Below, piece by piece: positions 47,706 through 58,100 of a stretch of 61,322 bases of DNA. The translations under genes were made by a program, and so were the position numbers. The DNA comes from Myxococcota bacterium. GTDB taxonomy: Bacteria > Myxococcota_A > Bradymonadia > UBA7976 > UBA1532. Position 1 is the first letter of the stretch. Each line of letters starts with the position of its first letter. Where the stretch lies: assembly GCA_036337435.1 (NCBI GenBank), contig JAYZEG010000086.1:1-61322 (forward strand), given 5' to 3'. Under the pieces are notes generated by a model, which had not been told where the DNA came from, did no database searches, and was given only the letters and a program-made list of their open reading frames with translations.

Positions 47706-48392
47706 TTAACGTTGGCCTTCACATTCGATGAGGTCGCACATTTCGAGGGGGATTTGGACGCGTATCGAGTCGTCACAAGGACGAGATAGAAAGATATCCC
47801 GTTCGTATACGACTCGCCCGTACGCAATTCCAATGCCCTGTCTATCGAGGCCGCGTACGGATATCGTTAATTCACCGAGTGGCAAGTCATCACTGATGAG
47901 GGTCTCTAGGCCCTCACATAGGCTGAAGTATGTTCTCTCGAAAAGGTCTGATACCTTTATGGTCACTGCCACTTGGTGTACGCCATTGCCCAAACAGTCC
48001 AATTGATTTGCGAAAGACCAGTTCGCCAAAATGTCCCTCTGTCGTCTCAGCAAGGGCAATTCTTCCAAACGACTGACAGACCCATTCGGCACTGTGACGT
48101 CTCGCCGCACCTCGTGGGTCGCGCATCCATCTTCATCTAGGCCACGCAGACGCAGCGTGTAATCACCGGCAGGAACGGCTTCCAACTGGATATCACCAAG
48201 GACGCACTCGGTCATCTGCGTCGCACGCGGCGCGCTCTGCTCATAGTCATAAACGGATGCCTCCACGCTCTTGACTGCTGCCTCACCGCATGTCAACGCA
48301 CCAAGTTTCCATGTTATGTATAGTGCTCCATCCGCGGCTTCATCAGCACATCCGAAGAACATAATGCCTGCGAGACACAGGCTCTTTTTCAT
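47706..48392 (-). CDS. Putative lipoprotein with duplicated Cys-containing beta domain
   Basis: MKKSLCLAGIMFFGC lipobox; two similar halves (W..G.LTC...V..V and WSF...LDC...V..V). Confidence 0.7.
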   Translation of the reverse strand: MKKSLCLAGIMFFGCADEAADGALYITWKLGALTCGEAAVKSVEASVYDYEQSAPRATQMTECVLGDIQLEAVPAGDYTLRLRGLDEDGCATHEVRRDVTVPNGSVSRLEELPLLRRQRDILANWSFANQLDCLGNGVHQVAVTIKVSDLFERTYFSLCEGLETLISDDLPLGELTISVRGLDRQGIGIAYGRVVYERDIFLSRPCDDSIRVQIPLEMCDLIECEGQR

Positions 48393-48519
48393 CAAACCAC
48401 GCACATTCACACAGTACGCTTGGAACGGGTCCCTGACAAGTTGATGGCGCAAGAAGATTATGACAATCTCAGTAAAGTAGGTGTGTTCAACACCATCGCT
48501 GACGTAATCAAAAGTACCA

Positions 48520-49326
48520 ATGCCCTGGCCTGGAGCCTACGCCATGAACCTACTGAATAGCACAAAAATTGCACCAACTCTCATTGGGATGATTCACTTA
48601 GATGCGCTGCCTGGGTCACCCGGATTTGACGGCGATTTCCAGGACATTTTGGCTCATGCCCTTGCCGATGCGTCGGCCCTAGTCGATGCTGGATTTGATG
48701 CGCTCATGGTCGAAAACTATAATGATGTTCCGTTTTTTGCCAATCGAGTGCCCGCGCTGACCATCGCCTCCATGAGTCGCTGCATTTGTGCGATACGAAT
48801 TGCGTTTCCCACAACGCCGCTGGGTGTCAATGTTCTAAGAAATGATGGGGTTTCAGCATTGTCCATTGCACAAGCCTGCGACGCCCAATTTATTCGTGTG
48901 AATGTCCTTTCTGGTGCGAGCGTCACGGATCAAGGCCTCATCCAAAGTCAGGCGGCGGATTTGTTAAGGGCGCGTTCCGCGTGGCAATCTCGAGTAAAAA
49001 TTTTTGCTGATGTTGGTGTCAAGCATGCCGTGCCGCTGGGTCCATGCGAGCTTGCGCCCTCGGCACGGGATACAGCCTATCGAGGCCTTGCCGATGCGCT
49101 CGTTGTCTCTGGAATCGCAACCGGGGCTCAGACGTCTAAAGCTGATATTGACGTGGTCAAGAAAGCGGTCCCTGATCGTCAGGTGTTCGTTGGCAGTGGC
49201 GTAACACTGGACAACTTCGTTCCAAGTATGGCCGACGGCTTTATCATCGGGACGTCCATCAAATCTGACGGACGCGTATGCACCAAGAAGGCTCGCCAAA
49301 TGGTTGACCTACGGAACCAGGGCTAG
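48520..49326 (+). CDS. BtpA/SgcQ family protein
   Basis: IGMIHLDALPGSP, MVENYNDVPF, GVNVLRND, FIRVN, ADVGVKHA, VGSGVT. Confidence 0.93.
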   Translation: MPWPGAYAMNLLNSTKIAPTLIGMIHLDALPGSPGFDGDFQDILAHALADASALVDAGFDALMVENYNDVPFFANRVPALTIASMSRCICAIRIAFPTTPLGVNVLRNDGVSALSIAQACDAQFIRVNVLSGASVTDQGLIQSQAADLLRARSAWQSRVKIFADVGVKHAVPLGPCELAPSARDTAYRGLADALVVSGIATGAQTSKADIDVVKKAVPDRQVFVGSGVTLDNFVPSMADGFIIGTSIKSDGRVCTKKARQMVDLRNQG

Positions 49327-49343
49327 GTCAAGCTGATGGCCGA

Positions 49344-49901
49344 CTATTCGAGTGACTGGTTACTGAAGATCCCCGCCCCGCCCATTAAGCCGCCCATCAG
49401 GTCAACGTAGCCAAGGCGCTCAAAGGTACTAAACGTTTCATCGCAATCAAGATTGCCGTTTGCCCGCGCCGTAAAGTGAGCACCAGCCCCTTCGCCTTTG
49501 CTCTCGAACGTGTACCAGTAAAAATGTGGGTCGGACAGCGTGAAGCCAAGTTTGTGCCAAGTTGAATGTGAAAACGCGGCTGCATTGCCTTCGCAACGGC
49601 CGTTGTCAGGATTCGCCTGACAACATGCATTGACCGCAGGCGTTTCGGGCGAGGTCAGCGGAAACTTAGGCGGTAGGACGGCCCCATTTCGAGTCACTTG
49701 CTCATCTTGATACGAGGTGACCGCTCCATCAAAAATGCGGCGTAAGTTAACCACTGCTTCAGACGTTTTGCTTCGTCGTACAGACCGATTAAATGCTGGT
49801 ATGGCAATGGCCGCCAGAATCCCAATGATGGTCACGACAATCATAAGTTCGATGAGTGTGAACCCTTTTCGACGGGCAAATGTCTTAGAGGTTGATTTCA
49901 A
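49344..49901 (-). CDS. Type IVa pilin (PilA-like)
   Basis: Prepilin motif [34 protein letters not shown], and C-terminal GNLDCD. Confidence 0.93.
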   Translation of the reverse strand: MKSTSKTFARRKGFTLIELMIVVTIIGILAAIAIPAFNRSVRRSKTSEAVVNLRRIFDGAVTSYQDEQVTRNGAVLPPKFPLTSPETPAVNACCQANPDNGRCEGNAAAFSHSTWHKLGFTLSDPHFYWYTFESKGEGAGAHFTARANGNLDCDETFSTFERLGYVDLMGGLMGGAGIFSNQSLE

Positions 49902-50065
49902 TTTAATCTCCCTTAGGCTGAGTTCATATTACTTCAGATGGAGCGTGTTAGCCATAACTTGAACTGCCGATGGCATGCAAGGCAACATCGGTTGGAAAAT
50001 CGATCGCTATATTTGCTAAGCTAAAGGTCCGTTTGCACTTCTATACCGGTGATTTAAACGTTGAT

Positions 50066-51286
50066 ATGAGACGTAAGGCGCAGATATCAGTTCAAAAAAG
50101 GCATCAAAGAACGCGCTCGTCAATGTCGGCTGCTTTGGTCCTGTCCGGCTTAGTCCATGGCCTCATCTTTTTGTTGATGGCCTCCTCCGGTTTTATGAAG
50201 CGCCCGGCTCCGGCCCCATCTCTCGATCAGAAAGCCACGACCATTGTCCCGTTGCTCAGCCAAAAAGCCGTCAAGAGTTACCTCTCACCGAAACAGATGT
50301 TGGCAGGACAAAAGAACAAGCGCCAAAAACCAAAGCAAAAGAAGAAAAAGAAGCTTGAGACACCACTGAAAAAAGCTCAAATCGTCGAAATCTTACCGCC
50401 TCAAAAACCGCAACGGCCAAAGGATGCCAAATTTCTTTCGGCGTTTGACAGTCAGGTCGACAAACAGCAGGTCAGCTCGCATCGCCGCGCGCCATCCCAG
50501 CGGATGATTAAATCCAAGCGCAGGGTCCTATCACCGGGCATCGACGAACTGGGCTCGCGCTCGGGACAAAAAAAACCGCCCAAGGGTAGGTCAAAAGTGT
50601 CTGGAAAAACTCGAAAGGCAGCGCGCAAGACAGCCAAGCCCAAGAGCGCTCAGACAACACAGCGGTCTCAGAGAGCCCAACAGGACCGAAAGAGCACAGC
50701 GAAACAAACGCTACCCAAGGGAGAGGGCCGATTCAGTCCAAGTGGTCGATCGGGCGAACGAAAAACAGCCGAGAGTGACCAAGCTGCGCAAAAAGCAGGC
50801 AACCAGGGGGCTCCAGAAAATTGGCGCACATTGTTGCCCACTCTGGGGCCAAAGGATATGAAAGCGAGCAACGGCTCCATCGATCATGTGAAAAATGTGC
50901 CCCGCGGAGACAAAACATTCCTTAATACCAGGGCCTATAAGCACGCCTGGTTTTTCAATCGAATTAAACGAAGTGTTCGGAGAGAATGGCGTGCTGCGGA
51001 ACAGTATCGGCGGCACGATCCGAACGGACGTGTGTATGGTATTCGTGACCGGTATACGATCGTGGATGTCACACTCAATCCCAATGGGCATCTGGAGGGC
51101 GTTTCAATTCGAAAAGACAGCGGTGTTGCCGTTCTAGATGAAGCGGCCCTGTCAGCATTTAGAACCGCACAACCGTTCCCAAATCCACCCGCAGGCCTTA
51201 GAGACCAGGATGGACGAATCCGTTTTCAATTCGGCTTCTTCCTTGAAATTGGGGGCAGCTCATTTAAGCTTTTCCGGCCCTATTGA
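50066..51286 (+). CDS. TonB-family energy transducer-like protein
   Basis: N-terminal TM with SGLVH motif, K/P-rich linker, and C-terminal SGVAVLDEAALSAFRTAQPFPNPP. Confidence 0.85.
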   Translation: MRRKAQISVQKRHQRTRSSMSAALVLSGLVHGLIFLLMASSGFMKRPAPAPSLDQKATTIVPLLSQKAVKSYLSPKQMLAGQKNKRQKPKQKKKKKLETPLKKAQIVEILPPQKPQRPKDAKFLSAFDSQVDKQQVSSHRRAPSQRMIKSKRRVLSPGIDELGSRSGQKKPPKGRSKVSGKTRKAARKTAKPKSAQTTQRSQRAQQDRKSTAKQTLPKGEGRFSPSGRSGERKTAESDQAAQKAGNQGAPENWRTLLPTLGPKDMKASNGSIDHVKNVPRGDKTFLNTRAYKHAWFFNRIKRSVRREWRAAEQYRRHDPNGRVYGIRDRYTIVDVTLNPNGHLEGVSIRKDSGVAVLDEAALSAFRTAQPFPNPPAGLRDQDGRIRFQFGFFLEIGGSSFKLFRPY

Positions 51287-51301
51287 GGTCCGGTGGCGGA
51301 G

Positions 51302-51691
51302 CTAACTTTCCGCCGCGACGAATGCGTCATACTCGGTCGCCGACATGAGAGCATCAAATTGTGCTGTATCGGAGACCGCGATACGAATAATCCACCCGTC
51401 ACCGTATGGGTCACCGTTCACAGTTTCAGGCGCGTCTTCTAGCGTACTGTTTACTTCGATGACCTCGCCACCGCAAGGTGCGTATAGGTCACTTACAGTT
51501 TTGACGGATTCAACCACGCCAAACTTATCCTCAGCATCAAAGGAATCACCCACCTCGGGCAGTTCAACAAAGACGACGTCACCGAGTGCGTCTTGCGCAT
51601 GGTCTGTAATTCCGATGGTGACTTCCCCGTTGTCAGCCAACTTGGCCCACTCGTGCTCTTTTGTATAACGTAGTTCACTTGGACTCGACAT
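51302..51691 (-). CDS. gcvH: Glycine cleavage system H protein
   Basis: YTKEHEW, IGITDHAQDALGDVVFVELP, VESVK (lipoyl Lys), DPYGDGW. Confidence 0.98.
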   Translation of the reverse strand: MSSPSELRYTKEHEWAKLADNGEVTIGITDHAQDALGDVVFVELPEVGDSFDAEDKFGVVESVKTVSDLYAPCGGEVIEVNSTLEDAPETVNGDPYGDGWIIRIAVSDTAQFDALMSATEYDAFVAAES

Positions 51692-51720
51692 CACTCATTC
51701 TCCTCAGCTCGCTTAGCTTC

Positions 51721-52812
51721 TTATACATCTGATCCCGGCTTGACGAAAGGTGGCTTAACGATCGTGCCTAATTCGATACGATTGCGTACGGAAATTTTGA
51801 TTTCACTGCCAATACGATGGGCACCGAAAGGGACATAAGCCAGCCCGATATTCTCGCCGAGAGTGGGCGAACGTGTACCGCTGGTTACCCGGCCGATTGC
51901 ATTGCCCACATCATCCACGACTTCATAGCCCTTGCGAGCGATGGCTCGGCCGGACATTTTAAATGCGACCAAACGACGCTCGACACCTGTTTCTTTTTGC
52001 TCCAGAAGAACATCTTTTCCGATGAAATCACCCCCATCCAACTTGGTGATCCATCCGAGACCAGCCTCCAGCGGGGTTGTCGTTTCATCGATGTCGTTGC
52101 CATACAGGGCATATTTCATTTCGAGCCGGAGTGTATCTCTCGCACCCAAGCCAATGGGCTTGAGCGATTCGCCGCCTGCTTCAAACAGAGCATCCCATAA
52201 AATCTCCCCCTTATCGGATGGGCAATACAGTTCAAAACCATCTTCGCCTGTGTAACCCGTTCGACTCACAATGGTCTGCACACCGCAAACCAAAGCATCG
52301 ACAAACCAGTAACGCTTAATGTCAGCTAGATTTTGTTCTGTTAAGGTCTGGAGGATAGACGCCGCCTTGGGTCCTTGCAAAGCCAGTTGGGCAAACTCAT
52401 CACCCCGATCTACAGCGACAGCATCCTCAAGGTTTTCGCAAATCCACGCGTAGTCTTTTTCGCGATTTGCCGCGTTGCAACAGATCAACAGCTTTGTCTC
52501 GGAATATCGATAAATGACCAAGTCGTCCACGATACCTCCAGATGGAAGGCACATGGCGGTATAGCATGCCTGACCATCATGTATTCGAGATAAGTCGTTT
52601 GTGACAAGTCGATTTAAAGCATCAACTGCGTTTTCGCCGCTCACTTCAATTTCGCCCATGTGACTGACGTCAAAAAGGCCAGCAGAGGTTCGAACTGACT
52701 GATGTTCCGCTTGAATGGTGGTCGTGTATCGAACGGGCATCTCCCATCCACCAAAATCAACGAAACGCGCTCCCGCGGCCTCATGTCGGTTATACAAAGG
52801 TGTTCTCTTCAT
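51721..52812 (-). CDS. gcvT: Glycine cleavage system T protein (aminomethyltransferase)
   Basis: RTPLY, FGGWEMP, LFDVSHMGE, RTGYTGEDGFE, GLGARDTLRLE. Confidence 0.98.
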   Translation of the reverse strand: MKRTPLYNRHEAAGARFVDFGGWEMPVRYTTTIQAEHQSVRTSAGLFDVSHMGEIEVSGENAVDALNRLVTNDLSRIHDGQACYTAMCLPSGGIVDDLVIYRYSETKLLICCNAANREKDYAWICENLEDAVAVDRGDEFAQLALQGPKAASILQTLTEQNLADIKRYWFVDALVCGVQTIVSRTGYTGEDGFELYCPSDKGEILWDALFEAGGESLKPIGLGARDTLRLEMKYALYGNDIDETTTPLEAGLGWITKLDGGDFIGKDVLLEQKETGVERRLVAFKMSGRAIARKGYEVVDDVGNAIGRVTSGTRSPTLGENIGLAYVPFGAHRIGSEIKISVRNRIELGTIVKPPFVKPGSDV

Positions 52813-52824
52813 TTTTTTGGCCTC

Positions 52825-53688
52825 CTACCGATTGGCGCGTCGTGCAGCTGCACGGGTCACATTGTCAAGCAAGTAAGCGATGGTCATGGGACCAACCCCA
52901 CCGGGTACAGGTGTAATGGAACCGGCGACTTCCGCAACCTCGTCGTAGGCGACATCCCCGACCAGTTTGCCATCAGCAGTCCGATTGATCCCCACATCGA
53001 TAACCGCTGCGCCCGGCTTCACCCAATCACCTTTGACGAATTCTGGACGACCGACAGCGGCGATAACAATGTCAGCCTCTCTCACACGCTCGGCCAAATC
53101 AAGGGTACGTGAGTGGCAAATGGTCACCGTGGCATCGGCCGCGAGCAGCAAATGGGCCATTGGTTTTCCAACGATGGTACTTCGCCCAATTACAACGGCG
53201 CGTCGACCACGGCAAGCGACGTCTGTCTCTTTAAGCAGACGCATGCATCCCGATGGTGTACAGGCAACAAATCCGGGCTCGCCGGCCAGAAGACGGCCCA
53301 GATTGAGGGGGTGTAGACCGTCCACATCTTTGGCAGGACTAATTTCATTCAGGATGGAGGTCGCTTGGGCCGGATCAATGTGACCGGGCAGCGGCAATTG
53401 AACGAGGATGCCATCAACGGACGAATCTTCGTTTAAGGCCAATATGGTATCCCTTAACTGTTCCGGTTCGAGCGTTTCGGGCAGCCGTATGGTTTTGGCA
53501 TTAATACCGACGCGGCCGGCCATCCGTTCTTTGTTTCGAACGTAGACTTGGCTCGCGGGATCATCGCCAGCCAAGACCACAGCGAGACCAGGTGTCACCC
53601 CACTTTGCGACAAGCTTTGAACGCGTAAACTCACTTCGTCACGCACCTTTGATGCGATTGCTCGTCCATCTATCTTGATCGCTGCCAT
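52825..53688 (-). CDS. folD: Bifunctional methylene-THF dehydrogenase/cyclohydrolase
   Basis: DPASQVYVRNK, GILVQLPLP, KDVDG, CTPSG, GRSTIVGKP, TPVPGGVGPMT. Confidence 0.98.
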   Translation of the reverse strand: MAAIKIDGRAIASKVRDEVSLRVQSLSQSGVTPGLAVVLAGDDPASQVYVRNKERMAGRVGINAKTIRLPETLEPEQLRDTILALNEDSSVDGILVQLPLPGHIDPAQATSILNEISPAKDVDGLHPLNLGRLLAGEPGFVACTPSGCMRLLKETDVACRGRRAVVIGRSTIVGKPMAHLLLAADATVTICHSRTLDLAERVREADIVIAAVGRPEFVKGDWVKPGAAVIDVGINRTADGKLVGDVAYDEVAEVAGSITPVPGGVGPMTIAYLLDNVTRAAARRANR

Positions 53689-53780
53689 AGCGCGCTCCAT
53701 AGACGTCCACACTTGATTCGTCGACTAGCAGTTCGGCTCTTTTAGATCAAGCGGTCACGCAACGTGTTCGATGCTATTCC

Positions 53781-55052
53781 TCATACCGCCAAGTTCGTGG
53801 CCGCATCGTAATCGGGTTCTAATTGCATGTACGCAGCCCTTTTACTGAAGAAGTCAGCATTGATAGGGAGGTTGTGCCGACGTCGAATCTCCCGAAGTGC
53901 CTCGTTGAGTTTAAGAAAGAAGTCCAGTGTATAGATGGGTTCCTGCCCCCGGTTCTTACCCGTCATCTTCCAGTGAAGCGAATAGACTGCGTGAATGCCA
54001 CGAGTCGTTAAATATTCACCTGCTTCAATTGCGCTTTCTAGAGCCAGTTCGGGTGATTCGAAACACCCATCCCCCTCAAGTTCAGCACCGCCGACAAATG
54101 CACTCATCACATGGCCACGGCCAAAGACATCGACTGCCGTTTCCAGTGACTCAATCCATACGTCCCGACCGACAATCTCATGTTTGCCGGGGCAGACTCG
54201 TTCAAACTGCACCGGATCCCATACCTCAAGATTAAAACATGCGCCGCGAACACCCAAAGCCTTCAGTTGTTCCATGGATTTTCTTGGAATTGCACCGGAC
54301 CCGCAGGCGACGTAGTACCGATCCATTAAACCAGCCCGTTTTAAGCGTTCAGCAATTTGTACAAAACGGTCCCCTTCAGCTTGCATGTCCAGCATGCTGC
54401 CGCCGACAAGGTATAACTGCTTTGCGTCGGTCGTTGGATGCACACAAGCTTCAACAACGCGGTCAAGGGTCGGCTCAGGGACATCGATGACGTACAGTTC
54501 CTGACCCAGCGGGTCCATCCGCTTATCGGGAAGCCCGTAGAGGCAAAACTTGCAACTGAGATTCCGAGTTCGCGAAGAGCCTTCCTGAGGTGCCACGAAA
54601 TATTCACAACCGGGTGCGACATTCAGAACCAACATATCGCCATGCTGGCTTAAACCGGTTGCTTTCATCGGTGTGCCATCTGCCGTTAGCAGGTCAGCCC
54701 AAGGCTGACGCGTCTCGAACGACGTCGGGGTCACTGGTGTCCCATCGATGAAGAGCTCATAGCGACCATCATGGGCTCGTTTCACCCCGAAAGGGCTTTC
54801 TTCCTTTATCCGCAAGCGGGCTTGCGTATCATCTGGAAACCGAAATAAGTACGGGGTTTGAACAACCCGCTCACCGTCAATGGCCGCTGTGCCCGGCGGC
54901 AAGTGGTATGGCATAAAATTGGGAAATGCCCAAGAGGCAGCCTCGACGAGACAGGGGTCAAAACGAACCCCTTCGAAAAGAAGGGCAGCCTTTAAGCGGA
55001 CGATGTCCGGCGTCGTCGGATAATCTCGTTCCAGCCTCTCTAGAATGTTCAT
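53781..55052 (-). CDS. Radical SAM protein, biotin-synthase-related, with extended C-x17-C-x2-C motif
   Basis: GCEYF...LSCKFC, LVGGS, FNLEVWD...FERVCPGK, AVDVFGRG. Confidence 0.8.
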   Translation of the reverse strand: MNILERLERDYPTTPDIVRLKAALLFEGVRFDPCLVEAASWAFPNFMPYHLPPGTAAIDGERVVQTPYLFRFPDDTQARLRIKEESPFGVKRAHDGRYELFIDGTPVTPTSFETRQPWADLLTADGTPMKATGLSQHGDMLVLNVAPGCEYFVAPQEGSSRTRNLSCKFCLYGLPDKRMDPLGQELYVIDVPEPTLDRVVEACVHPTTDAKQLYLVGGSMLDMQAEGDRFVQIAERLKRAGLMDRYYVACGSGAIPRKSMEQLKALGVRGACFNLEVWDPVQFERVCPGKHEIVGRDVWIESLETAVDVFGRGHVMSAFVGGAELEGDGCFESPELALESAIEAGEYLTTRGIHAVYSLHWKMTGKNRGQEPIYTLDFFLKLNEALREIRRRHNLPINADFFSKRAAYMQLEPDYDAATNLAV

Positions 55053-55122
55053 ATTTGAGGTACCCACTGAGTTGCCCCGTCTCCACCATCTCACTGTCTG
55101 GCCCCAATTAAAGCAGAAAGTC

Positions 55123-58100
55123 TTAGGTGCGGCGAGTCCAAATCACGCAATCGACCAAGCCGCACAAGAGGCAAAGAAGCCCGGCCCAAATCCCATACAG
55201 CGGATCTGGACGTCGACCTGCAGCCTCTATCACGGGTTTCATTTCCAAGGGAGACCCTAACCGCCGGCCTCCAGTCACAGCCGCTTGTAACTCCAATGCG
55301 ATCTTGTCAACGCCTGTCGTGGCCAACTCCTCCGGATAGGCCCGACTGATGACGTCTGTGATTGCACCAGATTGAGTCATTGTGCTGACCGCGAGAAGAC
55401 CTGGTCGTCCCTTGGGAATATCGGTCCACGATTGGCCAGGTCCTGATGGCGTCCACGTCCGTGTTAATCGACGACCCGTGTCATCCGTGAAGATGACATC
55501 GCCGACGGCGGGCGGCCGATTGGGTGCCGTTTTGAACCATAGTCGGTCATTTTTTTTCATGAACTGGGGGCCACCCGTTGCGGGTAAAAGCGCGTGACCG
55601 AAGAGATTGGCCCACTGCTCGGCGGAGAGGGTCCATCGGTCTGTTGCCAAACTCACAACACGGCCGCGACCCAATTGCCATTCTGCCAAGATCGGTTCTC
55701 CACCCGCAGTGGCCAACGCCCTGGCCCCGGGCCGGAGACTCGTTCTGATTCGTCCCGCTATGGAAGGCGGGTTGCCACCAATGCGACTTGACCAACTCGG
55801 GTCCGCTAAGACCGGCCCACCCGGTCGTACCAGGCTCTCGCTGATGACGTCGGAGAGTCGGTTCAGAACCAGGCTGTGGACCGGTTGCGATGCACGAACC
55901 GCCGTTCCATCAAGCTGCTCGGCAATCCGCCGCATCGTTGATAAATCTGGGCGTTTTCCGATTGCGAATCCAACGAAGTTAACACCCTCGGAGGCCAGTC
56001 GCGCGACGTGAGGCTGAAGCTGACCCGGGTCTGCGAAATGTCCATCAGAAATTAAAACGACGAGTTTTTTCATGAGGCCTGGCCGGGCGAGTAGTTCAGC
56101 CGCTTTGGTCAGTGCTGGACCGAGTTGTGTGCCACCACGGGCTAAGGTGGGTACTGGCAACGATGAATTCAACGCCTCGAGCGGGGTCAATGGTGTCAGT
56201 ACGCGAGCATCTCCAGAAAATCCAATCAAACCCACCAAGTCGTTTTTCTCAAGTGAACTGGAGAGGCCACTTGCTATGTCTGCCACAGCCCTTAGGCCAG
56301 GCCCACCTGAGGCTTCCGATTGACTCCCGCTGCGATCGATCAAGAACACAACACCCACCGGCTGTGGATTCGGTCGTTTGGGCCGACTATCTAAAGGAGA
56401 CATGGCGTCTAATTCACTCCCGACCCAGCCTCCGTTGCCAAAGGCATTTGATTGACCAGCCAAGAACAGTAACCCGCCTGAATAGACCCAACGCCGGATA
56501 TTGGCCTGTACTGTTGCTGGGATCGAAGCAGCTGGCACGTCAATAATGGCCAATGCTCGAGCATCAGAAATTTCTGCCCCGCGCTCCATGAGTTCGTCTG
56601 GCGGAACTCGAGTCACATTGAGACCCGCGCGCCGCAACCAGTCTGCATTGGAACCGACAACAACGCCTTTAGTCGAGCGCGGCTGCCGAACATGAATAAG
56701 CCAACGATTGTTTGCCTTCAGGCGGTCACCATCGACAAATAATTCGACCTCGACAACCGAACCATCTTGCGGCTCAGACACCGTTCGTATCACTTGGACG
56801 TCACCAGCCGTGAGGCTCACGTCAATCTGTTCGTCACCGATCTTCAGGCGCCCCGCGACAGTCTTATCGCTCATGAGCTCCACCCGGATAAATTGTGTGC
56901 CGCCAACTTGGATCCCGTTAGCTGTTCGGATCCGGGCATCGGGCCGACTTGAATTTACAGCCAGAGTAAAGACCTGATTCTGAACTGCAATGGGGCCATC
57001 TGATGCCTGCCCATCGCTGAGCAAAACAATCACGCCATTGGAGCCAGCAAGCTCGGCCGCCGTACTCAAAATAGGCGCATGCTTGGTGCCCCCCCTAAAT
57101 TCAGGGAGAGATGCGTTCGCTCGTACGGCTTGTTCCACTGAATCACCGCCATCCACGCGGGCTGTTAGGCGTGTCGAAAGTGTCTTGGTAACCGCTTCTA
57201 CCTGTGCCAGTGTTTCTTCTTTTGGCATTGATTGGGAGATGTCTACCGCCAGGACTATAGGTGCTTCTCGGTCACCGATCAGCTCAGGAACAAGGGACAA
57301 CCCAAGTAGAATAATGATGACCAACATGAGCCATCGCCTACGTCCACCGGTTGGGATAAGGAAGATCCACAGAGCAACCAGGATGCCCAACACCTGCCAG
57401 GCGCGTCGATCAACCTCGGCCACAGACTCACTGGGCATCTGGACGACTCTGCCCTCCTTGACCTGACCTTGCTGAACGGCCAGAGATGCGACGACACCAT
57501 TGGATTCAAGTGTGTAAACCCCTTGCTCATCGAGTGCAGGGACAACGACAAGCCCATCGCGGGTTTTCAGTGATTTCACTCGACCATCTGGATAGGTCAG
57601 GCGCACATCGTTGAGTGAACTCAAAACCGTCGCATGTCCTGCGCTGATCTCTAAACAACGAGAACGGCGCGCTCGGTCATGGTTGAGCGCATCAAAAAAA
57701 AGAACAGGCCAAGCGGCCGTCTTCGGAATATCGGTTTCATCGGGAGAAAAACCAAATCGTCGCGTTTGACCAGACGGACCTCTGATCATGTCTACAACCG
57801 GTGCATGGTTGGCGAGGAGAATCGGCCCAGATGAGTTCGGCAGCGGCGACCAGTGCTTGAGGACAACCTCTGGCGGAGGTAGGTCCCGTTCAAATCTTAA
57901 AATGGCTGGCTGTAATTTTTCTGGTTTAGATTCAAAGGTAAAATGAGTCAAATTTGCCGCAAACGGTGCCCAGTGGGTGCCATTCTCGAGGGCAGGTCCA
58001 ACCCGCCACTCGGCATCCTCGGGATCGACCAATTGGACATGTGGCAGCCCCTTCAATAATGCCTGAACTGCGTCGGGCCACCCAGTGTTGGCGACTTTCA

